Made by a program: the position numbers and the translations under genes. A stretch of 64,000 nt of DNA from Clostridia bacterium. GTDB lineage: Bacteria; Bacillota; Clostridia; RGIG6154. The stretch spans positions 1 through 64,000 of the forward strand of contig JAZNOU010000012.1 of the NCBI GenBank assembly GCA_045589295.1, in the 5' to 3' direction. Shown here one piece after another: positions 1 to 8,369 of the stretch (its first letter is position 1; each line of letters opens with the position of its first letter). The notes beneath the pieces are model-generated. The model worked only from the letters and a program-made list of their open reading frames with translations. It searched no databases and was not told the DNA's origin.

Positions 1-509
1 TCAAAACCGTCATTTATAGAACCGTCGTGCTTGCAGTAAATTCTTTCCTCGTTCTTATTTGCAATATCGAGCAGTTTTTGAGCGTTGGAGTGTTCTTCAC
101 CACCTTTGTCGATTTCCAATTCAACCCCATAAAAAAGATTGGCTGAGCCGCAGAAAATCGGCTCAGGCTTATAACTATAATTTTTAATCGCATCATTATT
201 TAATTTCTCGAAACAATCTCTACAATAAGGGTAGTCCTCGCCATCCTCATACAAAGCATCTTCGTTATGTATCAATCTTCCGCAATCCTCGCAAGTAGTA
301 TAGCTATATTCGTAACAATGACTGCATAGTGTATAGTTGGAATCGCCCTCTGCATTATCTCTCCAAATTCTTTCACCGCAGTTATCACAGGTGGTTGTGC
401 ATCTGTTAAAACAATCCTCGCAAAAAATCTGTCCGTCAAAACTGTGTGTGTTACTCTCCGTTAATACTGCTCCGCACTCAGAACATACAACATTATTTGT
501 TTCTCTCAT
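1..509 (-). CDS. Putative amidoligase (COOH-NH2 ligase family) with N-terminal CxxC-rich region; partial, runs off the left edge
   Basis: Not in the ORF track. Manual translation from ATG 509 (SD AAAGGAGG) is open to base 1: six CxxC pairs, then FYGVELEID...YCKHDGSINDGFE, typical of mobile-element amidoligases. Confidence 0.75.
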   Translation of the reverse strand, partial: MRETNNVVCSECGAVLTESNTHSFDGQIFCEDCFNRCTTTCDNCGERIWRDNAEGDSNYTLCSHCYEYSYTTCEDCGRLIHNEDALYEDGEDYPYCRDCFEKLNNDAIKNYSYKPEPIFCGSANLFYGVELEIDKGGEEHSNAQKLLDIANKNEERIYCKHDGSINDGF

Positions 510-525
510 TTCTGAAAATCCTCCT

Positions 526-819
526 TTAATATTCGTTTGCTAATATCATTGTGGAATGTGTTTTATCGTCTATCACAAAAACCTTTTCTGTAACAGGGTT
601 TTCGATAAAGATAACATATTCCTTGCTATACTCAGGAAGTTCCTGAGTGTGTCTAATTCTCTGTCTGCCATCTTTTGCGGACAAAGAAAAAACCTGTAGA
701 GAATCTCTATCTACAGGCATCTGTTTAATAAGCTCCCACATAATGATTTGCAGAAGCGGCGGCACATTGTTTCTGATACCGCTTGATATAAAATGTGTGT
801 TGTTAAATATGTAAATCAC
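526..819 (-). CDS. DUF960-like protein
   Basis: FNNTHFISSGIRNNVPPLLQIIMWELI...LQVFSL...KVFVIDD...TMILANEY matches the DUF960 pattern; start may be ATA at 810. Confidence 0.7.
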   Translation of the reverse strand: MIYIFNNTHFISSGIRNNVPPLLQIIMWELIKQMPVDRDSLQVFSLSAKDGRQRIRHTQELPEYSKEYVIFIENPVTEKVFVIDDKTHSTMILANEY

Positions 820-931
820 CTCTCGTTTATTGATTTCATAGTTATTATATCTGTTTTTTGGTTGTCAGAAACCGATTAAAAACGAATAATAATGACATTT
901 AAATATACTTAATGTGAGGAGTGGTTTTATA

Positions 932-1126
932 ATGTTCAACAACGATTATGATGTTTTAACCGCTTATGAGGCTATGGAATATCTCGGCATTGGCGAGAAC
1001 ACATTATACCGCCTCTTAAATAGTGGTGAACTTGGTGCATTTCGTATCGGCAGGATATGGAAAATCCCAAGAAAAGAATTAGACAAATACATTGATAAAA
1101 GTGTAGAAAGGATGTTCAGCAAATGA
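932..1126 (+). CDS. Excisionase-like HTH DNA-binding protein
   Basis: LTAYEAMEYLGIGENTLYRLLNSGELGAFRIGRIWKIP; ATG 932 follows SD GAGGAG. Confidence 0.85.
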   Translation: MFNNDYDVLTAYEAMEYLGIGENTLYRLLNSGELGAFRIGRIWKIPRKELDKYIDKSVERMFSK

Positions 1127-1800
1127 ATAGTTATGATTTTTTAAAATATCTTACTGTAAATATAAGTGCAAAAAAATTTTTAGAAGATAAACCGCATATA
1201 TGCTCCGCAACAGGATTTTATGCAATAATAAACAATACTCCTGTAATAGTTACAGCAAGGCACTTTGTTATTCCTACAGAATCGGCTATAACAGTTTCGG
1301 TTCATTACAAAGAAAACGATACTATTATTACAATACCGATTACTGCAAATGTCAGTTGGTATTGTTCTGATGAATACGATATTGCATATTGCAAGGTAAA
1401 GCCGATAGCTGAAAAATTCAAAGAGATTACAGGAAAAGAAATGTTTTACACCGCTATATCTGAAAAGGATATTATGACTAAAGAGGAATTTAACAAAATA
1501 AATATATTAAGCGAAGTGCTGACAATAGGTTATCCAAAAGGGATAAGCAGCACACATCACAAGTTCCCGCTATTCAAGAAAGGATATATTTCCTCATTAC
1601 CAAGTGATTTTACAGAGGACAGAGAGGGTTATCTTGACCTTTGTACAGAAGAAGGTTTCTCAGGCTCTCCAATTTTCTTAAACAATTCACAGATAAAGCT
1701 TGTTGGTGTGTTAGTTCAATGTGTAGGTAACTCAAAGAAACCTCAAAGCACAACCATATATGTTTCAGCAGATAAAATACTAGATTTGATAAAAAAATGA
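1123..1800 (+). CDS. Trypsin-like serine protease
   Basis: Triad motifs VTARH, YDIAY, EGFSGSP; no signal peptide; ATGA overlap with the upstream HTH gene. Confidence 0.75.
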   Translation: MNSYDFLKYLTVNISAKKFLEDKPHICSATGFYAIINNTPVIVTARHFVIPTESAITVSVHYKENDTIITIPITANVSWYCSDEYDIAYCKVKPIAEKFKEITGKEMFYTAISEKDIMTKEEFNKINILSEVLTIGYPKGISSTHHKFPLFKKGYISSLPSDFTEDREGYLDLCTEEGFSGSPIFLNNSQIKLVGVLVQCVGNSKKPQSTTIYVSADKILDLIKK

Positions 1801-1871
1801 GCAAAAAAATAAAATTTCCTCTAAAACACAGAACACCGTAAACCCTTGTAGAATAAGGGTTTACGGCACTT

Positions 1872-1946
1872 TCCTTAAATTACTAATTTCGGTGAAATTA
1901 TGAACCAGTTAAATGAATTAAAAGACAAGAAGAAGTTTTATTAAAA
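1872..1946 (+). repeat. 75-bp direct repeat, copy A (att-like)
   Basis: 71/75 identical to 2887-2961; core TTCGGTGAAATTATGAACCAGTTAAATGAATTAAAAGACAA. Confidence 0.9.
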
Positions 1947-1947
1947 T

Positions 1948-1982
1948 AACCCCCTATGACAAATTATTTGTCATAGGGGGTT
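1948..1982 (-). terminator. Intrinsic terminator after the barstar-like gene
   Basis: AACCCCCTATGACAAA...TTTGTCATAGGGGGTT hairpin. Confidence 0.7.
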
Positions 1983-1992
1983 CATATTTACC

Positions 1993-2277
1993 TCACTTAT
2001 ATTCAAGCACAACTTGTTTATCTAAATCTTTATACCATTCGATAGTACGATCAAAAACTTCCTTTAGCACCTCATATTTATCTGCCATAATATGTGTTAA
2101 AAATTCCCCTCCAATTACTGTAATATGCACAGGTGCATCCATATGTCCTGTAAGCATATCCCAGATGGCATCTAAATTCTCACCGCACCAGTCAGGAAAT
2201 TCAAGCCCTTTTATTATCCTTTGATAAAAGTCTGATAAATCGGATGTACCGGTAAAATCTATTGTGTAATATTTCAT
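1993..2277 (-). CDS. Barstar-family ribonuclease inhibitor (immunity protein), copy 1
   Basis: FPDWCGENLDAIWDMLTG resembles barstar LPEYYGENLDALWDCLTG. Confidence 0.9.
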   Translation of the reverse strand: MKYYTIDFTGTSDLSDFYQRIIKGLEFPDWCGENLDAIWDMLTGHMDAPVHITVIGGEFLTHIMADKYEVLKEVFDRTIEWYKDLDKQVVLEYK

Positions 2278-2286
2278 ATTTTTCTC

Positions 2287-2738
2287 CTAAATTATTTCAT
2301 AAAATGTTTGATAATGGTCATAAGTAACAAATACAAGTCCGTCATTTGAATATAAAAGTCTGTGAGTATTCCTAAAACCACCTGTATAATTTATATCTGC
2401 CTCATACCATATTCTTCCCGGTTTTTCGGGAAGTGTATGTTCGTTGTTGTAGTATACATCCCCGCCTATTGTTGCATCAGGAAAAACCTTTCTTAAATTT
2501 CCCAAATAAAATTTCCAACCGTGTTTCTCCGCATATTTTTTATCCACATAATTCCCAGGCAATTCCCCATACATTTTTGGTGCAAAGGAGGTTTTTCATA
2601 GTTATATTTGGGGAAAATTCTCAAATGATTCTCTCTACACCTTTTGCAAGTCGCCAGTGAAATCAACGTGTACCACAAATTCCAATTATCACTTGTTGTA
2701 ATACTTGGCGTAAAATTATTGTTAAAAATTATAATCAC
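2287..2738 (-). pseudogene. MuF-motif + barnase-family RNase toxin, copy 1, split by a frameshifting internal deletion
   Basis: ORFs 2493-2759 (CKRC...PPLH) and 2287-2574 (WYEADINYTGGFRNTHRLLYSNDG...DHYQTF) align to the N- and C-terminal parts of the intact paralog 45116-45646; net 88 nt missing. Confidence 0.8.
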
Positions 2739-2886
2739 CCCTTTCGTTATTATTTGCAAATAACGTTATTTTGGGTGATTGTATCACAAGTGTTGTGTGA
2801 CATTCAAGGACAAGTTTCATTATACACTAAAATACAATTTTTTGCAAACACCTCAACCTCTTACGGCTGTAAGGCGGAAGGGAATC

Positions 2887-2961
2887 TCCTTAAATTAGTA
2901 AGTTCGGTGAAATTATGAACCAGTTAAATGAATTAAAAGACAAAAAGAGGTTTTATTAAAA
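2887..2961 (+). repeat. 75-bp direct repeat, copy B (att-like)
   Basis: 71/75 identical to 1872-1946; offset 1015 bp. Confidence 0.9.
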
Positions 2962-2986
2962 AAAGGAAGGGAAATCCCTTCCTTTT

Positions 2987-3685
2987 TTATTCTGAAAATA
3001 AGCCGTCGGTTACTAAATTCTGGCCTGTTACAAAGTCTGACTTTTCGCTTACAAAAAACATTACTGCATTTGCAACGTCTTTGGGGTTTCCAAGTCTGCC
3101 GACGGGGGTCTGGTTTTTTAACTCCTCCAATTCTTCATCAGAATACTGGTTTAGCATATCTGTTAAAATTACTCCGGGTGAAACGCAGTTTACTGTAATT
3201 CCGCTTGGTGCAAGTTCTTTTGAAAGTGCTTTTGTAAAGCCGATTACTCCTGCTTTGGAAGCTGAATATATAACCTCGCACGACGCACCTTTTACTCCCC
3301 AAACGGAGCTTATATTTACAATCCTTCCGCTTTTTTTATTTATCATAAAGGAAGAAACCTCTTTTGAAAACAAAAACATACTTTTTAAGTTAGTATTTAT
3401 AATTTCATCAAAATCGCTTGCTGAAAAGTCCTGAAAAACACCTGTTTTGCAAATTCCTGCGTTGTTAACCAAAACATCAATTCTGCCTGTCTGGTCCACC
3501 GCTGTTTTTACAAGTTTTTTTATATCATCTTCATTTGTTACGTCGCATTTTACTGCAGTTATTCCGCTTTCTTCAAACGGATTTTTTAAATATGTGCCAA
3601 ACACCGTGTAGCCCTCATTTTTAAGGCTTTTGGCTATTTCTCTTCCTATTGCGCCTGATGCGCCTGTTACTATTGCTGTTTTCAT
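2987..3685 (-). CDS. SDR oxidoreductase, FabG/YmfI-like
   Basis: TGASGAIG, NNAG, YSASK; SSVWG..GASCEV.YS resembles the YmfI subgroup. Confidence 0.85.
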   Translation of the reverse strand: MKTAIVTGASGAIGREIAKSLKNEGYTVFGTYLKNPFEESGITAVKCDVTNEDDIKKLVKTAVDQTGRIDVLVNNAGICKTGVFQDFSASDFDEIINTNLKSMFLFSKEVSSFMINKKSGRIVNISSVWGVKGASCEVIYSASKAGVIGFTKALSKELAPSGITVNCVSPGVILTDMLNQYSDEELEELKNQTPVGRLGNPKDVANAVMFFVSEKSDFVTGQNLVTDGLFSE

Positions 3686-3689
3686 TTTA

Positions 3690-4577
3690 TTACCTTTTCC
3701 TTAAAACATAAGCTTTTTTTATATTTTTTACCAATATTTCTTTTTCACCTTTTTCAAACTCGCCGTCTAATGTCCAGTCAAAATCTGCATTTGTTGATAT
3801 TCTAAGTTCATTTGTCTTAAAAAACTCAAAAACAGGGTTTGAAAAATCTGAAAATGTAAGCCCGTGAATTATGTTTGTTAGGTCAACCGGATTTTGTGGC
3901 TGTTTTATCAAAATTACTTCAAACACACCATCTGACATACTTACCAGTTCTTCTTTTAATTTGATAAGCCCGCCGATTGAGGTAGAATTTCCTATCGCAC
4001 CAAACGAATAATCACCCTCATAAACCTTTCCGTTTGCCTCAATTTTAACATAACACGGCTTTATTGAACCTAAATCTTTAATCCCTTCTATTACATAAGC
4101 CAAATGCCCAAGCGCATTTTTAGTTTCCTGTGGTGTTTTATATGAAACCGAGGTAAATGCCCCGAATGATGCTACATAATTAAAATAGCTTTTATTGAAA
4201 AGACCAATGTCTATCAGGCAGTCTTTTCCTTCAATTACATCTTTTACTGCTTTTTTAACATTTGATGAAATGCCTGCAGACACCGCAAAATCATTTGTGC
4301 TTCCTGCGGGGATATATCCGATTGGTATAACAGATTTTGCTGTAACTACACCTTCTGTTACTTCACTTAAAGTTCCGTCACCGCCTGATACAATCAAAAG
4401 ATCATACTTTTCATCTGCTGCTTTTATTGCAAGTTCTTTTGCATGGTCTTTATATTGAGTGATAAAGCTGGTTACTTGGTAATCATTTTTGCAAAGCTCG
4501 TCAGTTATATCAAAAAGTATTGTTTTTGAACGGCTTTTACCCGCTTTTGGATTTATAATCACAAATGCTTTTTTCAT
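3690..4577 (-). CDS. Diacylglycerol kinase-family lipid kinase (YegS/DagK-like)
   Basis: INPKAG, GGDGT, PAGSTNDFA, LDGE motifs. Confidence 0.9.
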   Translation of the reverse strand: MKKAFVIINPKAGKSRSKTILFDITDELCKNDYQVTSFITQYKDHAKELAIKAADEKYDLLIVSGGDGTLSEVTEGVVTAKSVIPIGYIPAGSTNDFAVSAGISSNVKKAVKDVIEGKDCLIDIGLFNKSYFNYVASFGAFTSVSYKTPQETKNALGHLAYVIEGIKDLGSIKPCYVKIEANGKVYEGDYSFGAIGNSTSIGGLIKLKEELVSMSDGVFEVILIKQPQNPVDLTNIIHGLTFSDFSNPVFEFFKTNELRISTNADFDWTLDGEFEKGEKEILVKNIKKAYVLRKR

Positions 4578-4643
4578 AATCTTTTCCTTTCATAAAATGT
4601 TAATTTTATTATACTATTTCATATAAATTTGTCAATAAAGTTA

Positions 4644-4672
4644 TTGCAATTTTATTTAAAAAATGCTACAAT
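4644..4672 (+). promoter_or_regulatory. SigA-type promoter for rpiB
   Basis: TTGCAA-17-TACAAT with extended TG. Confidence 0.55.
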
Positions 4673-4708
4673 ATACTAAACTTATTCTTTGTTAGGAGTT
4701 GTTTTTTT

Positions 4709-5149
4709 ATGAAAATTGCAATCGGTTCTGACCACGCAGGCTTAGAACTTAAAAATTATATCAAGGATTACCTTGAAAAAAAAGGTTTTGAAATAACAGA
4801 CTGCGGCACATACACTGCTGGCAGCTGTAACTACCCCGAATTTGGTGAAAAGGTTGCTTTAAAAGTTGCATCTGGCGAAGTCGAAAAGGGCGTTTTGGTA
4901 TGTGGAACAGGCGTTGGAATTTCAATTGCTGCAAACAAGGTTAAGGGAATAAGAGCGGTTGTTTGCTCTGAAGCTTATAGCGCAGAAATGGCTGTAAGAC
5001 ACAACAATGCAAATATTGTTTCTTTCGGTGCAAGAGTAATCGGTCCTGCAACTGCTGAAAGTATTGTTGATGCGTTTTTCGGTGCAACTTATGAAGGCGA
5101 AAGACACGAAAAACGAGTTCAGATGATTATTGATATTGAAAATAAATAA
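4709..5149 (+). CDS. rpiB: Ribose-5-phosphate isomerase B
   Basis: IGSDHAG, CGTGVGISIAANKVKGIRA, RHEKRV. Confidence 0.95.
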   Translation: MKIAIGSDHAGLELKNYIKDYLEKKGFEITDCGTYTAGSCNYPEFGEKVALKVASGEVEKGVLVCGTGVGISIAANKVKGIRAVVCSEAYSAEMAVRHNNANIVSFGARVIGPATAESIVDAFFGATYEGERHEKRVQMIIDIENK

Positions 5150-5151
5150 GT

Positions 5152-5178
5152 AAAAAGTCAGGCTTTTGCCTGACTTTT
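5152..5178. terminator. Bidirectional terminator between rpiB and pyrR
   Basis: AAAAGTCAGGC-TTTT-GCCTGACTTTT between convergent genes. Confidence 0.75.
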
Positions 5179-5710
5179 ATTTTTCGTAAATTTCTATATC
5201 TTCTTTTCCGTCGGTTTCTTTTAAATTGACTTTAATTGCCTCTGATTTTGAAGTTGGAATATTTTTCCCCACATAGTCGGCTCTTATTGGAAGCTCGCGG
5301 TGGCCTCGGTCAACCAATACTGCAAGCTGGATTGATTTTGGTCTTCCTTTTTTTATAACCGCTTCCATTGCGGCACGGGCGGTTCTGCCTGTATATAAAA
5401 CATCATCTGCTATTATTACTGTTTTATTTTCTGTATCTATGCTTATTACGTCTGAATTTATTGAAATTTCAGTTAAATCGTCGCGGTAACTTGTAACGTC
5501 TAAAATTTCACACTCAACTTCGCTTCCTGCAAAGCTTTTTATATTTTCTTTAAGGCGGTTTGCAATATGTATCCCTCTGGTTTTAACTCCCAAAAGGCAT
5601 ACATTTTTTAAATCTTCATTTTTTTCTATTATTTGATGAGATATTCTGGCTAAGCATTTTTTAATATCATTTTCATCATATACAACTGCTTTAAGATTTA
5701 TTTTTACCAC
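5177..5710 (-). CDS. pyrR: PyrR pyrimidine regulatory protein/uracil phosphoribosyltransferase
   Basis: [40 protein letters not shown]; start uncertain (GTG 5710 or ATA 5701). Confidence 0.9.
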   Translation of the reverse strand: MVKINLKAVVYDENDIKKCLARISHQIIEKNEDLKNVCLLGVKTRGIHIANRLKENIKSFAGSEVECEILDVTSYRDDLTEISINSDVISIDTENKTVIIADDVLYTGRTARAAMEAVIKKGRPKSIQLAVLVDRGHRELPIRADYVGKNIPTSKSEAIKVNLKETDGKEDIEIYEK

Positions 5711-5812
5711 CTCTTTTTTCTTTAATATTATCATATTTTATGTATAAAGTAAATCTTTTTATTGATTTTTTCCATATATTATTGTAAACTTTTATGTAGA
5801 GGCGGTGATTTA

Positions 5813-6631
5813 ATGAATTTTGGTCGTGCAAAAACAATTTTAATTATTTTATTTGCAATTGTTAACATTTTTCTTGCAAGCTATATTTTTGTTACTTCAA
5901 CCGATAATACAACTCCGAATTCAAAAACTGTTTCTGATACAATTGAAATTTTAAAAAGCCGTAATGTTTATTTAGCAGATAATATTAAACTTACTACATC
6001 AGAAAATATAAATTTTCTTAACTTAAAAGGTATTACAAGTGACGAAAAAGTTCTTGCATCAAAACTTTTGGATGAATTTACTGTAAACGGCTCTACATAC
6101 AAAAGCGATTTTGGAGATTTAACTATTAATAACGGCGAATTTGTGCTTAATTGCAAGGATAATCACACTTTTTATGAAATAAACGATAAAAGTGTTGAAA
6201 AATATGCGATTAAATTTTTAAAAGACAGAGAAATTGACTTAACTTCCTTAAAAGCTATTAAAACTGAAAGAGAAGACGGAAACTACAAGGTTACTTTTGC
6301 TCACTATTTTTTAGACAAACCTATTTTTAATCTAAACACTTATGTTTATGTATCAGGCGGAGGAGTCTATATGATAAAAGGCAGTATTTTCAACCTTGAG
6401 TCTATTTCTCCTGCAAGTAACACCAACAATCCGATTAACGTTTTACTTAATTTTTCAGCAAACAAAAATACTAATGAAAAATTTACAATCGTTTCTGTAA
6501 ACGGAGGATATTTTACCGAAAACAATCCTGCTGATTTTAAATCTGTTTCTGCCATTCCTTGTTATGAGATTGTTTTATCTGACGGAAAACGCCTTTATTA
6601 CGATGCAATTTCAGCCACTGCCATTAAATAG
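5813..6631 (+). CDS. YycI/WalI-like membrane-anchored regulatory protein
   Basis: MNFGRAKTILIILFAIVNIFL N-terminus and ...AIPCYEIVL...YYDAISA C-terminus resemble YycI. Confidence 0.6.
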   Translation: MNFGRAKTILIILFAIVNIFLASYIFVTSTDNTTPNSKTVSDTIEILKSRNVYLADNIKLTTSENINFLNLKGITSDEKVLASKLLDEFTVNGSTYKSDFGDLTINNGEFVLNCKDNHTFYEINDKSVEKYAIKFLKDREIDLTSLKAIKTEREDGNYKVTFAHYFLDKPIFNLNTYVYVSGGGVYMIKGSIFNLESISPASNTNNPINVLLNFSANKNTNEKFTIVSVNGGYFTENNPADFKSVSAIPCYEIVLSDGKRLYYDAISATAIK

Positions 6632-6741
6632 CCTTAAATTTAAAATATTTAAAATTTTACGTTACCCTAATCAAAAAAGACCTCTTTTTTTAAATTAGGG
6701 GCTTTTTTTTGTTTTAAAATTAAAATAATAAAATTTTTTTC

Positions 6742-6770
6742 TTGATATTTTAATTTTTTTATGGTATAAT
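6742..6770 (+). promoter_or_regulatory. SigA-type promoter of dnaA
   Basis: TTGATA-17-TATAAT with extended TG. Confidence 0.65.
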
Positions 6771-6810
6771 TAGCTTGTATAAATTTTTTTAGATTTTATG
6801 GTGATTTTTT

Positions 6811-8145
6811 ATGAGTATACATGAAAATATATGGCAGGAAACCTGCCTTAGAATTAAAAATTCAGGTCTTATTATGGATGTTCAGTACAACACATGGATT
6901 AAACCTATTGAAAAAGCTAAGTTCGGCAGCGAATTTATGTTTTTATGGGCTCCTAACTCCATTGCAAAGGCTTCTATTGAAGACAGATATGCTGAACTTA
7001 TTAAAGACGCTGTTTTTAAGGTGACAAAAAAAGTTTACAAGCTTAAAGTATTGGTTCACGGTGAAGAGGAGCCTTTAGAATCTGAGGCAGATGAATATAA
7101 GAAAATAGGAATAAAAAAAGACGAAACTTTACTTAATCCAAAATACACTTTTGATAATTTTATTGTAGGTAACTCAAACAGATACGCTCACGCTTATGCA
7201 CTTTCTGTTGCAGAAGCTCCAGGCGGAAAATACAACCCACTATTTTTATATGGCGGTGCAGGACTTGGTAAAACCCATCTTTGCCAGGCAATTGGTAATT
7301 TTTTTAAAGCTCAAAGGCCTGATGCAAAAGTTATCTATGTTTCTTCTGAAAAATATACTAACGAGTTTATTAACTCACTCGCTAACAAAACTACAGACCT
7401 TTTCAGAGAAAAATACAGAAATGCTGATATTTTAATTGTTGACGATATCCAGTTTATAGCAGGAAAAGAATCGACTGTTGAGGAATTTTTCCACACTTTT
7501 AACGAGCTTTATGAAAATTCAAAGCAGATTGTTTTAACTTCAGACCGTCCGCCAAATGAAATTCAGCCTATTGAAGAAAGACTTCGTTCAAGATTTGCAT
7601 GGGGACTTACATCTGATATTACTCCGCCTGACTTTGAAACAAGAATTGCCATTCTTAAAAATAAAGCTGAAAATGAAGGCATTTCATTTTCTGATGATGT
7701 TTATGTATACATAGCAGATAATATAAGGTCAAATATACGTGAGCTTGAAGGTGCTCTTAATAAAATTATTGCTTATAAAGATGTTAATTTCGGAACTGAA
7801 ATAACAGAAGAAATCGCATCAGACATTTTAAAAGATTTAGTTTACGAATCTGATATAAATGTTACTGTTGATATGGTTAAAAAAGCAGTTTGTAAATATT
7901 TTAATATTACTGTTGAAGACCTTATGGGCGAAAGCAGAAAAAAAGAAATTGCTACCGCAAGACAAATTGCTATGTACATTTGCTCTGTTTGTGTTAAAAA
8001 AATTACATCAACTGCAATTGGAAAAGCGTTTGAAAGAAAACATTCAACCACACTTTATGCAATTGACAAGGTTGAAGACGATATTAAAAAAGATGAGGAA
8101 ATTAAAACTGCTGTTAATGATATTAAAAATTTAATTTATCAGTAA
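6811..8145 (+). CDS. dnaA: Chromosomal replication initiator DnaA
   Basis: LNPKYTFDNF, YNPLFLYGGAGLGKTHL, DDIQF, RLRSRF, NIRELEGAL. Confidence 0.98.
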   Translation: MSIHENIWQETCLRIKNSGLIMDVQYNTWIKPIEKAKFGSEFMFLWAPNSIAKASIEDRYAELIKDAVFKVTKKVYKLKVLVHGEEEPLESEADEYKKIGIKKDETLLNPKYTFDNFIVGNSNRYAHAYALSVAEAPGGKYNPLFLYGGAGLGKTHLCQAIGNFFKAQRPDAKVIYVSSEKYTNEFINSLANKTTDLFREKYRNADILIVDDIQFIAGKESTVEEFFHTFNELYENSKQIVLTSDRPPNEIQPIEERLRSRFAWGLTSDITPPDFETRIAILKNKAENEGISFSDDVYVYIADNIRSNIRELEGALNKIIAYKDVNFGTEITEEIASDILKDLVYESDINVTVDMVKKAVCKYFNITVEDLMGESRKKEIATARQIAMYICSVCVKKITSTAIGKAFERKHSTTLYAIDKVEDDIKKDEEIKTAVNDIKNLIYQ

Positions 8146-8345
8146 GTTTTAGACATTTTTTGTAGATATGTAAATAATTTCTTTTTAACTATGTTTATAA
8201 TTTTAATTTTAAAATAGTTATCTTAGTGTTTTCTTTAAAATTATGAAATACAAATTTTGCTTTATTAAAGGGAATTTTTGACTTTTCTACAGTTTCGACA
8301 AGATATACTACTGTTATATACTATAATTAAAAGATAGATATATTT
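8146..8345. other. Probable oriC unwinding region (dnaA-dnaN intergenic)
   Basis: Very AT-rich; tandem degenerate boxes TTTTCTACA-GTTTCGACA (8283-8300) followed by trio-like TACTACTGTTATATACTAT; more degenerate boxes at 8147-8200. Confidence 0.7.
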
Positions 8346-8369
8346 TTTTTGGTTAGGAGAGCGAAGGTT

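Larger units (their letters stand above)
1..1946. mobile_element. Right end of an integrated element (amidoligase, DUF960-like, excisionase-like HTH, protease)
   Basis: Mobile-element gene content; end hairpin CCGTAAACCCTT...AAGGGTTTACGG (~1835-1866) abuts the 75-bp repeat at 1872-1946. Confidence 0.6.

Noticed and set aside
1885-1920. Repeat core GGTGAAATTATGAACCAGTTAAAT as a dif site
   Set aside because: Ends resemble dif, but it is 24 rather than 28 bp, lacks the TTATGTTAAAT arm, and lies beside oriC.
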